Shown: positions 1 through 13,789, numbered from the stretch's first letter. The stretch: 64,000 bases of DNA from Octopus sinensis (GCF_006345805.1 NC_043001.1:111724001-111788000), one strand, 5' to 3'. The notes: generated by a model not told the origin, from the letters alone. A program made the numbers and translations.

Positions 1-400
1 GAAATATCTGTGTTAGACCGAAAAGAGAAAGGGGAGCTTAAAAGCGAACAAAAATACAGGGCGCTGAAAAGGAAGTATAATATTGAATGAAAGGGCCTGA
101 AAGTGGTAATGGAGGAACTGAAACAGCGCCTCGTTGCAAATAAAGCAAAGATGGTAAGATACGACCATAGAATGAAGTGTTACCACCAGAATAGGTTATT
201 CAGAATAGATCAGAAGAGATTCTATAAAGAAATAAATGGAGAGTGTACAGAAGAAAAGTTGATACCAGATAACATTGAAAGTCAAAGGTTTTGGAGTGAC
301 ATTTGGAGCAAAGACAAGAAGCACAAGAAGGATGCCGGGTGGTTGCAAGAACTGAAACAAACAGTAGTCTGTCCAAAACAGGCGGAACTAGTCATTTCAT
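1..400 (+). mobile_element. Dong/R4-clade non-LTR retrotransposon fragment (region upstream of RT), truncated
   Basis: Frame 1 reads EELKQRL..RY....QNRLF..DQKRFY....FWSDIWS...H...A.WL, a pattern I recognise from R4/Dong ORFs; in-frame stop at 88-90; similarity is lost near 400. Confidence 0.72.
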
Positions 401-956
401 ATCCGAAATAATTATATGCTTCATAAAAGCAACCAAACTTTTGAAGTCGATATAGAAATCCTTTTTATATTTTTTATACATTTGGACAAGTTCGCACATT
501 CTGGGAAATAATAAAGTTAATTAAAAGTATTCCAATTTTCCCACTTAAAGACCGAAACTTGAACAGTGGAAGACAAAGTCGGCGTCGCCAGAATTTGAAA
601 TCAGAATGCAAGGATAGGTAAATAGTTATTGGGCGACGCTCTGTTATTCTGTCATTCCAACGCCTTTATGTTGGAAATCAATATTAGACTAGGTATAATG
701 TTATGACTCTTTGACTAATTGCAACCAGTGGAAGTATACATCCCAGACGTTCGAGCGGTATTTACTGATATTGATGTGGTAGGTTTCCTCAGTAACTTAC
801 TATCATCAACAGAATGTTAAGTGGTTGAAAAAGTGGAAAATATATAAAAGGAAGAAAAAAGAAACAGAAAATACATTGAGGCGTCTTTATGAACGTATAG
901 CTCTGGTTTGATGTCTATCGATTTAACGTTAGATCGTCTGCACTTGAAACAGAGAT

Positions 957-990
957 ACATATACATATACATACATACATTCATACATAC

Positions 991-1064
<74 letters not shown>

Positions 1065-1100
1065 ATGTATGTATATGCTTGTGTGTGTGTTTGTATAGAT
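957..1100. repeat. Compound (TACA)n/(TA)n/(TG)n microsatellite
   Basis: Directly visible. Confidence 0.9.
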
Positions 1101-1664
1101 ATACTTATGTACATGTGGAGATATACATAGCTATATAGATATATAGATTAAAAAAAAAATATTTCTCAGTATATTTTGCGATGTATCTTCGTCTAACAGA
1201 GTGCTCAATACTCTGAATTAAAACGAAAATAACGTAGACGGGTATATAGATACTAGGTATAACTACGAGTCGATCACTAACGTTTAAAAAAGAGGAAGTG
1301 AGAAATAAAATCAAAAATCTTTGGCTCAAAATTCAGAGAAATTGCGAGGAAAATAGTCCCGTCAGTACACGCCACGACAGAACGATCTGATGAGACACCT
1401 CCAAGCCCAAGAGCAATGAGACCAGGGTGAAATTGATTACATAGTAAAGAAATTTAGAAAAGATATTCGTACATTAGATGCACATCAGATTCACATGTTG
1501 ATGTCTAAGACAACAACATTGCTTTCCCCACCAAAGCTAAGTGGTCTGTCCTTTAAGAGATTAGGTCTTCAAATTAGTATCAGGCTCTACGAAAGTCGCT
1601 GTTATGGTTATAGAGGACAGACAGAGATTCAAGTTATTGGCGAACACCTTAGTTGATATCTCTA

Positions 1665-1990
1665 AGTATGGCTGTGTGGTTACAAACAGTCCCATTACGC
1701 AACGTCTTGGACATGTATCCTCTACTTTAGCTCCCGATCACCAAATGCACTTTGAGTGAATTTGGTACACGGAAACTGGGAGGAAGCTCACCATTTATAT
1801 TTATATGTGTGCATTTGTGTCTCCTCCACCATCACTTGATAAACAGTATTGGATTATTTAAGCTCCCGTAACATAGCAACCCGGTACCGGGCTTAAAATG
1901 TACTGGGGTCAATATGTTCGCCTGAAACCCTTTCAAGTAATGCTTTAACAGAACTGCAGTGAAATGATTGAAAGAAGTAAAAGAGAAAAG
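1665..1990 (+). mobile_element. Decayed SINE family A copy
   Basis: Diverged match to 14721-15141 (ggctgtgtggt...tttggtacacggaaactg...tgattgaaagaagtaaaagag). Confidence 0.6.
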
Positions 1991-2094
1991 ATTACGTTAG
2001 CGATTTTAGAAGGTGGAAATGTATAAATTTGTATCGGGTATTTTGCTCTGTAAGTTTTATACAGCAATGACGAAAACACGCCTTGTGAATTACC

Positions 2095-2893
2095 TTTTAC
2101 TTGATTCAGTCATTCGATTGCGGTCCTGCTGGGGACAGTCTTGAATGATTCAGTCGAGGAAATCAATCCAAGTAGTTATCTTAAAGTTCGGTAGCCATGG
2201 TGTCAGTCTGTTTTGCCGACTGCCAAGTGAGGGAGACGTTGGTGAAACAACACCGGTTGTCAAGCGATGTGGGGGACAGACACAAACGCAAACACAATAG
2301 AAATACACACATAAATAAATACATATACTCTTTTACTATTTTACTCTTTTACTTGTTTCAGTCATTTGACTGTGGCCATGGTGGATCACCGCCTCTAGTC
2401 GAGCAAATCGACCCAGGACTTGTTCTTTGTAAGCCTAGTACTTATTCTATCGGTCTCTTTTGCCGAACCGCTACGGGGACGTAAGCACACCAGCATTGGT
2501 TGTCAAGCGATGTTGGGGGGGGGGAGGCAAACACAGACACACACAACATATATATATATACATATATACGACGGGCTTCTTTCAGTTTCCGTCTACTAAA
2601 TCCACTCACAAGGCTTTGGTCGGCCCGAGGCTACAGTAGAAGACACTTGCCCAAAGTGCCACGCAGTGGGACTGAACCCGAAACCATGTTGTTGGTATGC
2701 AAGCTACTTACCACACAGCCACATATACGGCGGATTTCTTTCAATTTTCTCCTTCCAAATCAATTCACAAGACTTCAGTAAGGTCAGGGCTACAATACTA
2801 GACAAATGTCCAGGATGTTAAGCAGTGGGACTGAACCCAAGACCTCACGATCGGAAAGGAAGTTTCTCAACCGCGCAATTACGCATGCGCCTA
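2095..2893 (-). mobile_element. Old SINE family A copy interrupted by a younger copy
   Basis: Tail half 2095-2320 and head half 2729-2893 are collinear with family A and flank the younger insertion. Confidence 0.65.
2329..2720 (-). mobile_element. Young tRNA-derived SINE family A (CORE-like segment, internal microsatellite, (AAAAGAGT)n tail)
   Basis: Closely matches 14721, 15281, 51296 and 55002; flanked by ACATATAC at 2321-2328 and 2721-2728 (TSD). Confidence 0.9.
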
Positions 2894-3195
2894 TTATCGA
2901 TGGAAATCAATATTTGTTGTATATAACAGCGCGAAAATGTGAGACTGTATTATGAAAAAAATTGTATTTATTATCGTCTGCCAAGAAATAAAATAACTCA
3001 GCGTGTAAAGAAATTCTTAAATCGCAAATATATATTTATATGCTTAAAAAATTCAATTATTACGATATCGAATGAAAGAGGTACGTGCTGCTGTGAATGT
3101 GGGTTTCAAGACTTTTGTATTTCATTCTATAGCAATAGTATGTTATCTATATATAATCCACACATATGCACATACATACACGCTTATATGCGTCC

Positions 3196-3256
<61 letters not shown>

Positions 3257-3624
3257 ATATCTGTGTGTGTGTGTATGTCTAACTGTCCGCCTATAGGAAG
3301 AAAACCTACGGCATCGATATAAAAACTAAAGGCTAATCCATGTATAAAATTTCACGACAAACACAATGGAAGCGGTCCCGAGTCTCTAGCGATCCCCCGA
3401 AGGGAGCTACTGGCCCTTTTCTAGCATGTACACAATCGCATTTCAAAAATAAATGATGAGTCTTAGGATTATCATTTTTATAAAATTAAAATATGCCCCT
3501 TCCAAATTAACAATAACTAAATGAAGGGTCTAAGGGAAATCATTTTTGTAGGATTACCAAACCACTTACAAATTAAAAATGAATAACCTGCCTAAGCGAC
3601 ATAATTTTCATAGGATTATTATAT

Positions 3625-3807
3625 TTCAGAGATGTACTTGCATAGCAAGTGACCTGATCTGAGACCGCGTGCTGGATCGAAAACAATTGCAGCGTGGAAG
3701 GTGTTTATAAGTCATTTAAGAAACACACAAAAACCGTTAGATTCTAACACAAACGTTTTTTTGTGTTTCTTAAATGGCTTATAAACACCTTCCATACTGC
3801 AATTGTT
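3625..3807. repeat. Asymmetric inverted repeat, probable PLE pseudo-LTR fragment
   Basis: Arms 3682-3737 and 3752-3807 are reverse complements; left arm has an unpaired extension; single-arm relative at ~49200-49380. Confidence 0.7.
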
Positions 3808-4334
3808 ATTATATTTCATTTTATTTCAAAATACGGTGGATCACTCTTCTGTAGGTATGCCATATGTGCAATATAACGACACAGATAATAATGTGTGTGT
3901 GTGTATAACCGTAGTAAGCTCTATTCATATTCGTTCTATATTTATATCTGTAGAAGACCAGTTTTCTGTTTTTTCCCAGCTTACCTTCACAATAAAGACT
4001 GTAGAAGAACACTTTCGTTTTATTCCCTCCCTACCTTCAGAATAGAAACTGTAACTTAGATTTCACTCCAATGTTTTTCCTTTATTTCACGTGTTCCACA
4101 TCAGAATTTATGAGGTCAGCTGTCATTTTCCTATCTCATTTCAGCATATTTGTACAACTTTTCATTTGAAACTACCCATTTTCCCTAAACCTGGGAAGAA
4201 ACAAATTCGGTGTGGGCACTCTTCTGTAGGTATGCTATATGTGTAATATAACAACACACATAATAGCCTGTGTGTATGTGTGTATGTGTGTGTGTGTAGC
4301 TGTAATAAAGTATATTACTTTATATTGCTATAAA

Positions 4335-5035
4335 ATGTGAGGAGCAGACGTTGAAGGTCATCCAAGTATAAAAGTATTTGACTCGACAATCCAAAGAGTT
4401 GACTCTGTGCATCCGAGTCACTATGAATCTTTCTTTTTGGGGTTGCCTCTTCATGAAATATGAGGACCGACTTCTCCTTCCTAAGAACTATTGATGGTCA
4501 AACTGTTCATACTTGTAGAAAAGCCTGTTTAACCTTAAATTTGTTAGAAGATGACAATCAGTGGGATAGAACAATGGCTGAGGCTTCAGTGTCACGCACA
4601 CCTATTTCTTTCAGAGATCTTTTTGAAATTCTCCCGAATTGTGAAGTAAGTAATCCATTAGCGTTGTGACACAAATATAAGAATGATTTATTAGAAGACT
4701 ACATATATCTAACGCAATTAATATTCCCCGAGAGGGAAATAGCATCCAACGATGACATATATAATTCTGCGTTGGTTGATATTGAAGATCACGTTGTCTC
4801 AATGGGAGGGAAGGAGCTCAGCAAGTTTAGCTTACCTGAAACTCATCGAAATAAGGTGAATAATTTGATCGCAGAAGTTTTGCGAGAAACTTTCTATGAT
4901 ATTGATTCATTAATAAGATTCCTTGAAGAAAATGTCCCGAAACCTTTGCCAGACAAACAACTTGCATTACAACAATCATTAACCAAGTGGCACATAATAG
5001 ACGAGAATTATATGTTTAGACGTACCAGGAGGAAA
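4335..5035 (+). pseudogene. Helitron RepHel remnant (Rep-helicase linker up to Walker A start)
   Basis: Frameshifted VHP..ESFFL..LH / LRTIDG..TCRKAC..LNLLEDDNQW..TMAEA..LF..C..SNP.AL / DIED......GK.LS.F.LP and terminal LDVPGG (cf. LDAPGGTGKT). Confidence 0.8.
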
Positions 5036-6431
5036 TGATATTCTTTGAGTCCATTTTTTTAATCTTTTACGTATTCTGTTCACCTTCTTTGTTCTTAGCT
5101 CTAGGCATTAAAATAAAAGTAGAAAATTTTCTGTTTTGGAAAATCGACCTTGTTTTTGAACCGTGTGAAATAAAATCCAAAAATGAAACAAGTCTGATCG
5201 AAGTTAGAAGCAGTTGTCGTCGTCATTACCTCCCCCTCCTCTATAAAAGTAGAAGTTCAAATTCCACCGAAGGAAAATAGCTCACAGCCATAAAAATTTA
5301 ACGTAGTATTTCTAACAACGGCAATGCTTTACAAGTAGTAAACTCAGGACAGATGACGATATTCCAGATAGCAAATACCTGATCTTGGTCTTACTTTATA
5401 TTGAAAGGAGTATTCTCGTGACAACCGGTGTTGGTGTGTTTACGTCCTCATAACTTTGCGGTTCGACACAAAATTCCTTTAGAATAAGTATCAGTTTTAA
5501 AACAAATACTTGCTAGGGTCGATTCGGTTATCCAAAATTCTTCAAGGAGGTGTACTAGCATGGCCGCTGTCTAATACCTGGAACAAGTCAAAGGTAGGAA
5601 TATAAACGATTTTGCCTGTGTACGGTGTACATAGTAAACAAGAGATCTGCAGGCGATTTCAATTATAGCCTGAAGATACTGCAGCTGATGTCGACCAAAA
5701 GCAAAGAGAATGGAGGTAACATTTAAAAGAATTACGATCGAGAACGCATTTCTATATAAACTGTTCTTTTTTGTAAACCCCAACAAATCATACTCTTACA
5801 ACGTAAACATAATTTGAAGTCATTAAATTTTTTGTAGTAAAAAAAAGAGAACAAATAAAATTAGATAAATGCAAAAATAAAAATCGAAGCTTCATAGCAA
5901 AAAAAAAAAATTATATTTTAAGACAAAAATAATATGAAAAACACATAACTGTTAGTCGTTATGCTTGATGAAAGAATTGAAATAAAATAAAAGACTAAAG
6001 ACTAAAGACTAATCTAAAAAAATAATGTATCAATTTACAAGTTTAACTGAAGCTATATAATGGAATGTTTTGACTCAGTTATCAAAACAAATACACGCCT
6101 AAATAGATTGCTTATAATTAAATTCTGAGCATATATTTATCTCGGAAAGTCTATAAAATTAATTTTCTCTTCGGTACAATAAAATTATTCTCATTGGAAT
6201 TTATTTGATTTAATTATGATAATTATTTCAAGCAGAGACGAAAGCTTGCAAATGATTTAAGGTGGTCACAGACAATTTAAACGTCTGGAGTCCAGGCCTC
6301 GACTGGTTTTATTGACCCGGCTTCTATGAAGGATAAAACTGCCCTCAGTGGGTTTTGAAATCAGAGTATAAAAGAGCAAAAACTAAAAGCCATAAACAAT
6401 TGCTCCGTTTACAAAAACTATATTGATTATA

Positions 6432-6738
6432 GTGGAGGCACATGGCCTAGTCGTTTAGGCAGCAGACTCGCAGTCGAGAGATCGCGGGTTCGAATCTCAG
6501 ACCGGGCAATGGGTGTGTTTATGAGCGAAAGACCTAAGGTTCACGCGGCTCCGGCAGAAGGTAATGGCGAACTTCTGCTGACTCTTTTGCCACAACTTTC
6601 TCTCACTCTTTCTTCCTGCATTTTGCAGCTCAACTACGACAGACCGGGTGTCCCGTTTAGGTGTGGGACCTATACGCCAAGGAAACCAGGAAACCGGCCC
6701 TATGAGCCAGGTGTGGTTCGAGAAGGAACAAACAATAA
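6432..6738 (+). mobile_element. tRNA-derived SINE family C
   Basis: A-box-like TGGCCTAGTCG, B box GGTTCGAATCT; TSD TGATTATA at 6424-6431 and 6739-6746; homologous to 31209-31483 and to the head of 46879. Confidence 0.85.
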
Positions 6739-7348
6739 TGATTATAACAACTGTTTCTAATTTAGGCACAAGGCAGGGCTAGTTTGAGAGAAGCGGGATA
6801 AACGATTACAATAACTTCAGTTCACATTTTATCGAGCTCAAAAAGACGGAATGCAAAGAGGACATAAGCTTCATTTAAACTCATAAAAGTAACAAGCCAG
6901 TATTTACGTCATAACTTTTGGAAATTGCAAACTAATATCTGAATGGGGGTGGTATTCATTTGTGGAAGAGTCATGGAAAAGCAACATTGATCTTGAAGGA
7001 TGTGTCAAAGGGTAGACTTTGTTTTTGGAGGCTTCCCATAATTCATTTAACTGAAATAATAATGGATTTGAGAGAAAGAATTCACGTATCAACCACTTTA
7101 AGTATGAAAATATTGAAACTAGAAGCCTTTTACTTCCGTCTCTGTTGAAGACTAGGTCTTATGGCTGAATATATATTTTCCCAGGCCATTGCATAATGAT
7201 GCCCGTTGTGTAGTTGATGTGTGATTCTTTTGGGTAAAGGGTTTGATGTTAATGTAACCCCGCCATACAGCATTATGTCCATTGGCAATATGAGGAAGTG
7301 AACGGATTTCTAAATAGATACTATGAATTTACAGCTCAGCACTGGCAG

Positions 7349-7685
7349 GAGTGAAGGCGCATGGCTCTGGTTAGAGCGTCGAGCTTACGATCGTGAGGTT
7401 ATGAGTTCGAATCTCAGACCGGGCTGCGTGTTGAGTTCTTGAGCAAAACACGTTATTTCACGTTGCTCCAGTTCCCTCAGCTGTAGAAATGAGTTGCGAC
7501 ATCACAGGTGCCAATCTATATCAGCCTTTGCCTTTCCTTTGGATAAAACTGGTGGCGTGGAGAGGGGAGGCCGGTGTGCATGGGCGACTTCTGGTCTTCC
7601 ATAAACAACCTTGCCCGGACTTGTGCCTCGGAGGGTAACTTTCTAGGTGCAATTCCACGGTCAGTCATGACCGAAGGGGGTCTCA
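7349..7685 (+). mobile_element. tRNA-derived SINE family E (CORE-like head, distinct tail)
   Basis: B box GAGTTCGAATC; ttcttgagcaaaacac segment shared with 42770; TSD ACTGGCAG at 7341-7348 and 7686-7693. Confidence 0.85.
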
Positions 7686-9050
7686 ACTGGCAGTAGATGT
7701 CGAGTGAACTGAATTAAATTTTAATTGTTCAATATACGCAGCTTAAATAGCATTGAGCTCTTTTAATCTGATTTGGATTAAAAGCACCATATGAAGGATG
7801 ATCCTTCATACGTCACGCTGGTAACTTGTTAACAATTGGCGACCATGCGTTTCAAAATTATCTTACCATATTGTGTATAAAGTTACTGATAGTGGATGTT
7901 TTTCTTTAGCCCCAACCCAGCTCAGATCTAGCTGCCACATTGTATCATTATGAAAGGTATTAAAGTCGTAACAAACCTTGTATTATTTTAAAATGTAATT
8001 TATCCAGGATTACATTAACGCCTGAAGATCCTTTTAGAGGATGATTTCAAAAGAGACTTAGCTACTACCTCTAAAAGTTTAAACCATCTTAAAGACGCTC
8101 TGTCGTTGTTTAGTTTCCATCCCTGCTGAAATATATTGCCGAGGGCTCTGAAGCTCTCTTCACTTTTTAAGACATTCGGCACTGATCTTAGCAGGCCTAC
8201 AATCAAGTTTCTTGCATTGCGACGGCGCTCTTGTTTTACAAATAGGATAACATTATGTAACGTGGTGGTCCTTTTTTTTAAAACGACAGTGTATGATTCA
8301 TTGGTAATTGGGCTCTTAATGCTAACCAGTCAAACAGTTTCCCCTTGTCTCCTCTTTTTGGTGTCCCCTTTGTTTCTCATCGTGTGTGTATATGTGTACG
8401 TGTGTGCACGTTTGAGTTTGTGTGCTACGTGCGTACATGTGCGTGTGTGTGTGCGTGTATTTAGATGTATTACTGGCTGCCCATGCTGATATACAACCAC
8501 TGAACTCCGCTCACTCAAGTCAATACGAGCAATCAACAAGTAAACATCGCAATATCACGTTACCTTAAAGCTTGTATTTGCTCTGATTAACATCTCCTGT
8601 AGTTATCAGGGATCTATAGCTCTGCAAACAGGAGCTGATGATTATGGGGGAAAGCTGTAAATATACATTCTAGCCAAGCTTTATAAATCACGTCCCTGCT
8701 GCTAACTATATATCATAGGCTGACTCCATTTTATATTTGCAATATCTGGCTAATAAAAGAAGGCAGCTTTGTGTACATTGCGCGTTTAAAGTTCTTTTAT
8801 TATTAAGATTTGCTAGAGAACGAAGAAAAAGGGACACGTGTGGATGTAAAATTGGTGTATATTTTGAGTAAACCGAACCACCATCGCAGGGAACATAAAT
8901 ACTTGCAAATGGAACTCGTAAATGCAATCAAACGAACTCACCAATCAACCTGCAAGGGATCTAAAATATCAATATATTATTACAACCTCAACAAGTTCGT
9001 ATTGCTTGCGCAATAAAGAAACGAGTTAATATTATAGTCACTTGCTGCCG

Positions 9051-9095
<45 letters not shown>

Positions 9096-9619
9096 GTAAT
9101 AATAATAGTAATAATGACAACAACAACTGCTTGTTCAGAACGTGTATCAATATTACACCGTTTTCCATCATCATAGTTTCAAATTAAGCAAGTACCTTTC
9201 TTTAGAGAGAAAAGGGAAAAAAGCATCGAAGAATACACAAGTAAAAAAACATGTTACAAATGAACCAATAAAATATAAGAATAGAAGAATTAGAAGAGAA
9301 AAAACGAACACCACCAGGAACAAATAGAACACAGATATATGAATAACTTTCGAAGGTTGCGTATAAAGTCGTTTTGTGAAGCAAATATTCGAGTCTATCG
9401 GTTTGTTGTAAAATCGTCGCTCTCTGCCGAGTAATGGCGTTTGTGAATCGAATTGCGTTTTGTGTCAGTCACTTCAGCAAAAGTCTCTAGAGATAAGTTG
9501 GGTATCTCTATATTATTGATTTCAACAATACATGACAAGAGAGCGGTTTACTCTCATTGTCAGGCAGTTCTATAAAAGCAAACATGAGTGAAGGTATGTA
9601 GTAGAGGAGAAAGGGGAAA

Positions 9620-9981
9620 AAAACTAGTGATTTAATGAAAGGGGTGGAGAAGGAAAAAGAAAGAGAGAGAGAGAGAGCGAGAGAGAGAAAGAGAAAGAGG
9701 CAGACAGACAAACAGAGAGAAGGAGAGAGAGAGAGGCAAACAGAGAGAGAAAAAAGTGAGCGAAAGAAAGAGAAAAAGATGTCGGAGAAAATAGCAAGGG
9801 AGAAAAGAAGGAGAGCTTAGAAGGAGAAAAATAAAAAGTGTGAGTGAAAGAGAGAGGGAGCGAGAGAATGATAGAAAGAAAGAGAGAGAACAGAGAGAAA
9901 TGGATGAAAGTAGCATCGTAAAAAAGAGGTCGGAGGAGGGAGAAAAAGTGTGAGAAAGATAGATAGATAGATAGATAGATG

Positions 9982-10012
<31 letters not shown>

Positions 10013-10490
10013 CAAGACAGATAGATAGCGAGAGAGAAAGAAAGAGAGAGAGAGACATGTCGGAGAAAATAGCATTGGAGAAAAAGGAGTGGAGCTTTGA
10101 AGGAGAAAGATAAAAAGTCAGAGTGAAAGAGAGAGAGAAAGAGAAAGTGTGAGCGAGCGAGAGAGATGGAGAAAGAAAGTGAATGAGAGAAAGAGAGAGA
10201 GAGATGTCAGATAAAATAGCAACGGAGAAAAAAGTGGAGCTTTGGAGGAGAAAGATAAAAAGTCTAAGTGAAAGAGAGAGGGGTAATAGAGAGATATAGA
10301 GAGAGTGAGAGAGAAAAAAGAGAGAGAGAAAAGAGTGAGAAAGCAGCAATGTTGCAAAAGAGTTCGGGGGAGAAAAGTAGATGAGAAAGCTAAAGAGAGT
10401 GAGAGAAAGAAAGAGAAAAATAGATAGATAGATAGAGAGAGGGGGGGGAGAAAGAAAAATAAAGAAAAAGAAGAAGAAGATAAGGAAAAC
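9620..10490. repeat. Polypurine (GA/GATA) tract with cryptic repeated units
   Basis: ATGTCGGAGAAAATAGCA..GGAGAAAA..GAGCTTTG..GGAGAAAGATAAAAAGT recurs at ~9779, ~10057 and ~10204. Confidence 0.85.
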
Positions 10491-10959
10491 TAATAGTTAG
10501 AGAGACTAAAATGAACTGCAATGTGAGAGGGTATTTCAGGAAGTGTGTGAGAGAGTACGCAAAAGGCGAGTAAGAGAGAAAAGTTTACACATATACACGC
10601 ACACACGCACATACACACATACATACATACACGCACGCACAGATTCACCCACATATGCATATGTGAGAAAGGCAGATAGAGGGGGGAAATAGATAGGAAA
10701 GGATGCAAAATGAAAGCATTTCGTCGAAAAATAGGATGAAACTTTTGACACCGGACAAGCGGACAATTAAGAAAGAGAATTATAAAATATATGCAAACGA
10801 CGTTGAGGCAGAGTGTCAAAGCTACCATCGACAGACATATTGGCTTATCATTAGCTAAAGGCAATAATGGGGAGAAGACAGGCAGACATATAAAGATACT
10901 ACTCTTTGGTAGTGAGACAGACAGGGATTTGTAAAGATAAACGAACTGGAATATTTTTA

Positions 10960-11336
10960 TATGCTATTGTTCAGTTTTATTTCCAGATTTCTTGCCAATA
11001 AAGAGCCGGTTTCTAACCTAGAACCAAGATCCTAGATCATTGGAATTTCAACATCAACAACAGGGTATTTTTGTATGAATGTATGTCATTATTCAGTTAA
11101 TTTCATGATTTCATGCCAATAAAGAGCCGTTTTCTAACCTAAATCCAAGGCAGCTTCATTGGAATTTCAACATCAACAACAGGGTATGTATGTATGTATG
11201 TATGTATGTATGTATGTATGTATGTATGTATGTATGTATGTATGTATGTATGTATGTATGTAGGTAGGTAGGTAGGTAGGTAGGTAGGTAGGTATGTATG
11301 TATGTATGAATGTAAGTATGTATGTATGTATGTATG

Positions 11337-11367
<31 letters not shown>

Positions 11368-11400
11368 GTATGTATGCAGATTTGTATGTTTTATGTATGT
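10960..11400. repeat. Two-copy ~121 bp tandem repeat followed by (TATG)n/(TAGG)n
   Basis: GCCAATAAAGAGCCG at ~10994 and ~11115; tetranucleotide array 11184-11400. Confidence 0.85.
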
Positions 11401-11689
11401 ATTCTCTTGCATATATTTGCATATCTAGATATGCTCATATACATCTTAATAGTAACCTTTTGGAAAGTTTTATAGCTTTTACAAATAAATTTTACCTATA
11501 AATAGCTTCAAATAAATTTTACTGATAAATAGATTCCAGCTTTTCCTATTAAAGATCAGATGATATTTGTGGAAAAGTGAATATCGGTAGACCTGATGAA
11601 TCGCCTTGCAGGATCTTTCTACGTCTTTGCTTTTTTGTCAACATAAAGGCTTGAGGATTATAATGAGAAAAATAGTGCTAGGATTACTC

Positions 11690-11980
11690 CACAACGATCA
11701 TGTAACTTTACCCCCTCCAATAAAAATTGCCTCGAACTGACCTACAAAGCCAATATCACAGACACAGATATTACCAACAAAACATATTTGGGACTGACCG
11801 AAAACACCTTCAGAGAATGATATGTACAGCACTTGGATTCACTCATGGGTAAGAACAAAAGAAACGCTGCCTCTTTGTGGAAATTAAAAGATTGAGGCGT
11901 GAACACCTCACGGCCTCAAATAAATTGGAATATTATAGCCGACAAATATAAAGCACGAGGCAGTAAATGCGATATCTTGA
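11690..11980 (+). pseudogene. Penelope-like GIY-YIG endonuclease remnant
   Basis: YKANITDTDITNKTYLGLTENTFRE*YVQHLDS...WKLKD...INWNII..KYKARGSKCDI with stops and gaps. Confidence 0.7.
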
Positions 11981-12009
11981 AAATCAACAACAAAAGGGTC
12001 GTCTCCGTG

Positions 12010-12472
12010 AGTCATAGTCTTGATAAATTTGAGGAGAACATAGGAGTTTACTCAGAAGAGCAAAGCTGTAGCTTGTAAGATATACTGGACTTTGATCACC
12101 ACTAACAAGGAGTTTATAACGAAAACATGTTAGGAGACTATAATTGGAAGATAATACAATACGCGAAAGTAATTAACAGTACAATGGTAAATTTCGTACA
12201 TCTACCCCTCAAATTCCACATTCACTTTTGTATAACCTAAGTATAAATGCATGTTAAATTTGATTTGTAAGTTGTCATTTTTTCCTGTAATCATGTGATG
12301 AATAAGTGCAAATTAGTCCGTTTTTCCCACTGGAAATAAATAAAAAACAATCCCTGAGCAGAAGCGAAATGTTTGAATTAAATAGTAACAATTCTTTATG
12401 CTCTTTTTCAGCATAAGCAATTAGCAAACAACACTTACTACCCAGGAAAAGAAAGTAGGTTACAAAGTGTAT
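12010..12472 (+). mobile_element. DNA transposase C-terminal remnant, probably Chapaev-like (CMC)
   Basis: HSLDKFEENIGVYSEEQ / DILDFDHH*QGVYNENMLGDYNW resembles the H.HLD.F..N.G..SEEQGERFHQDI...E.RYQG...DY.W motif; family name is from memory. Confidence 0.55.
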
Positions 12473-12804
12473 TATAGATAGACTCACGTGCATAATTTGG
12501 TAAATATATATATATATATAAATACATATATATATATATTCACATTTATGTCTGCATTTAGGTACATTTAGGCACACACACATAATTGTAAGTATGTATA
12601 AATGTAAAATAAATCGTTAGGGAATTCAGACCAATATTCCTACACAACGGACACCAAAATGAAACGTATATAAATGCAAAACATTTATATCAGTGTGTGA
12701 AGTTTTGAACGTAACTCTCATTTTTTAAATCTCCACGAAATAAGTTACAAAAAAGCAAAACAAAGATCTTAGTTTCGTAACTTACATGAATTCTTTTTAA
12801 AATA

Positions 12805-13029
12805 TTGGGTTGTCCGGAAAATTCGTGCCGATTTATAGTAGCTTACGTCTCGGCTTACCTTCCCAGGCACCTCAATTCTGGAAAGAGGGTATTTTCCAGT
12901 TACAGGAAAGATGGAGACGCATTGTGCAACAAAATGGTTAATATTTGGTTGATTAAAGATGTAACGGCAAGTATTTATTGACCTTTTTCTTTTCATTAAA
13001 AATCGGCACGAACTTTCTGGACAACTCAA
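12805..13029 (+). mobile_element. Mariner-derived MITE (225 bp)
   Basis: TIRs TTGGGTTGTCCGGAAAATTCGTGCCGAT / ATCGGCACGAACTTTCTGGACAACTCAA, TA on both sides; retains transposase 3' end. Confidence 0.9.
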
Positions 13030-13789
13030 TATCATAAACTTTGAAATATCGTTATAATTCTGACATCTTTCAACGATGTTAATGAAAATGACAATGAAGT
13101 GATCATTAACTGAAGAAGAGGAGATCATGCGAGGAAGAAATACAGAGATGTTTCGACTCGTCTATGAAATTTTAAGCATTTCAATTCAAACATGTCGTTT
13201 CCCGACGTAAATGTTACATAAACCTTTAAACGTCGGATTTCAAATATGAATACAGATAATTTTGTTGGTTTCCATTGTGTAGCATGCGAATAAAACAGTA
13301 ATACACACCGTCTACGCGTCTGTAGATGTATTGGTGTGTGTGTGTGTGTGTGCATATATATATATATGTATATATACCACTTCTTAATTTGAGCGGAGGC
13401 AATGCGAGCAGGAACTAAAGGAACATTACTAAGATCCACACACAAGGATCAAACATATACATATATTCATATATTCATTTATATCTACAGAGCGGATATA
13501 AAATCCGACACATCTAAATATAATAATATATATAAATAGATAAAAATCATACAATATATAGAAATATATAAGAATTAGTGTTATATACAAAACACAGTGA
13601 ATTTACGCTTAATGTTATAAAACATTGGTAAATTAAAAATTTAAAGAACATATTATGACATATTAAAATTCCAGAAAAAATATAGAAAAAAAATACAAAA
13701 ATACAAAATTTTTCATCTGTACAGGCCGAAATCTATTAAATTATATATATATATATAGAGAGAGAGATATATATACACATATATAAACA

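Noticed and set aside
6432-7430. tRNA genes at A/B-box motifs (also 36016, 42770, 46879)
   Set aside because: No complete cloverleaf or acceptor stem; they continue into SINE bodies or tails, several with TSDs.
8564-8654. Minus-strand exon-like segment with good splice sites
   Set aside because: Stop codons in all three frames and no other support.
9571-9578. TATAAAAG as a TATA box
   Set aside because: Only 5 nt from the ATG and common by chance in AT-rich DNA.
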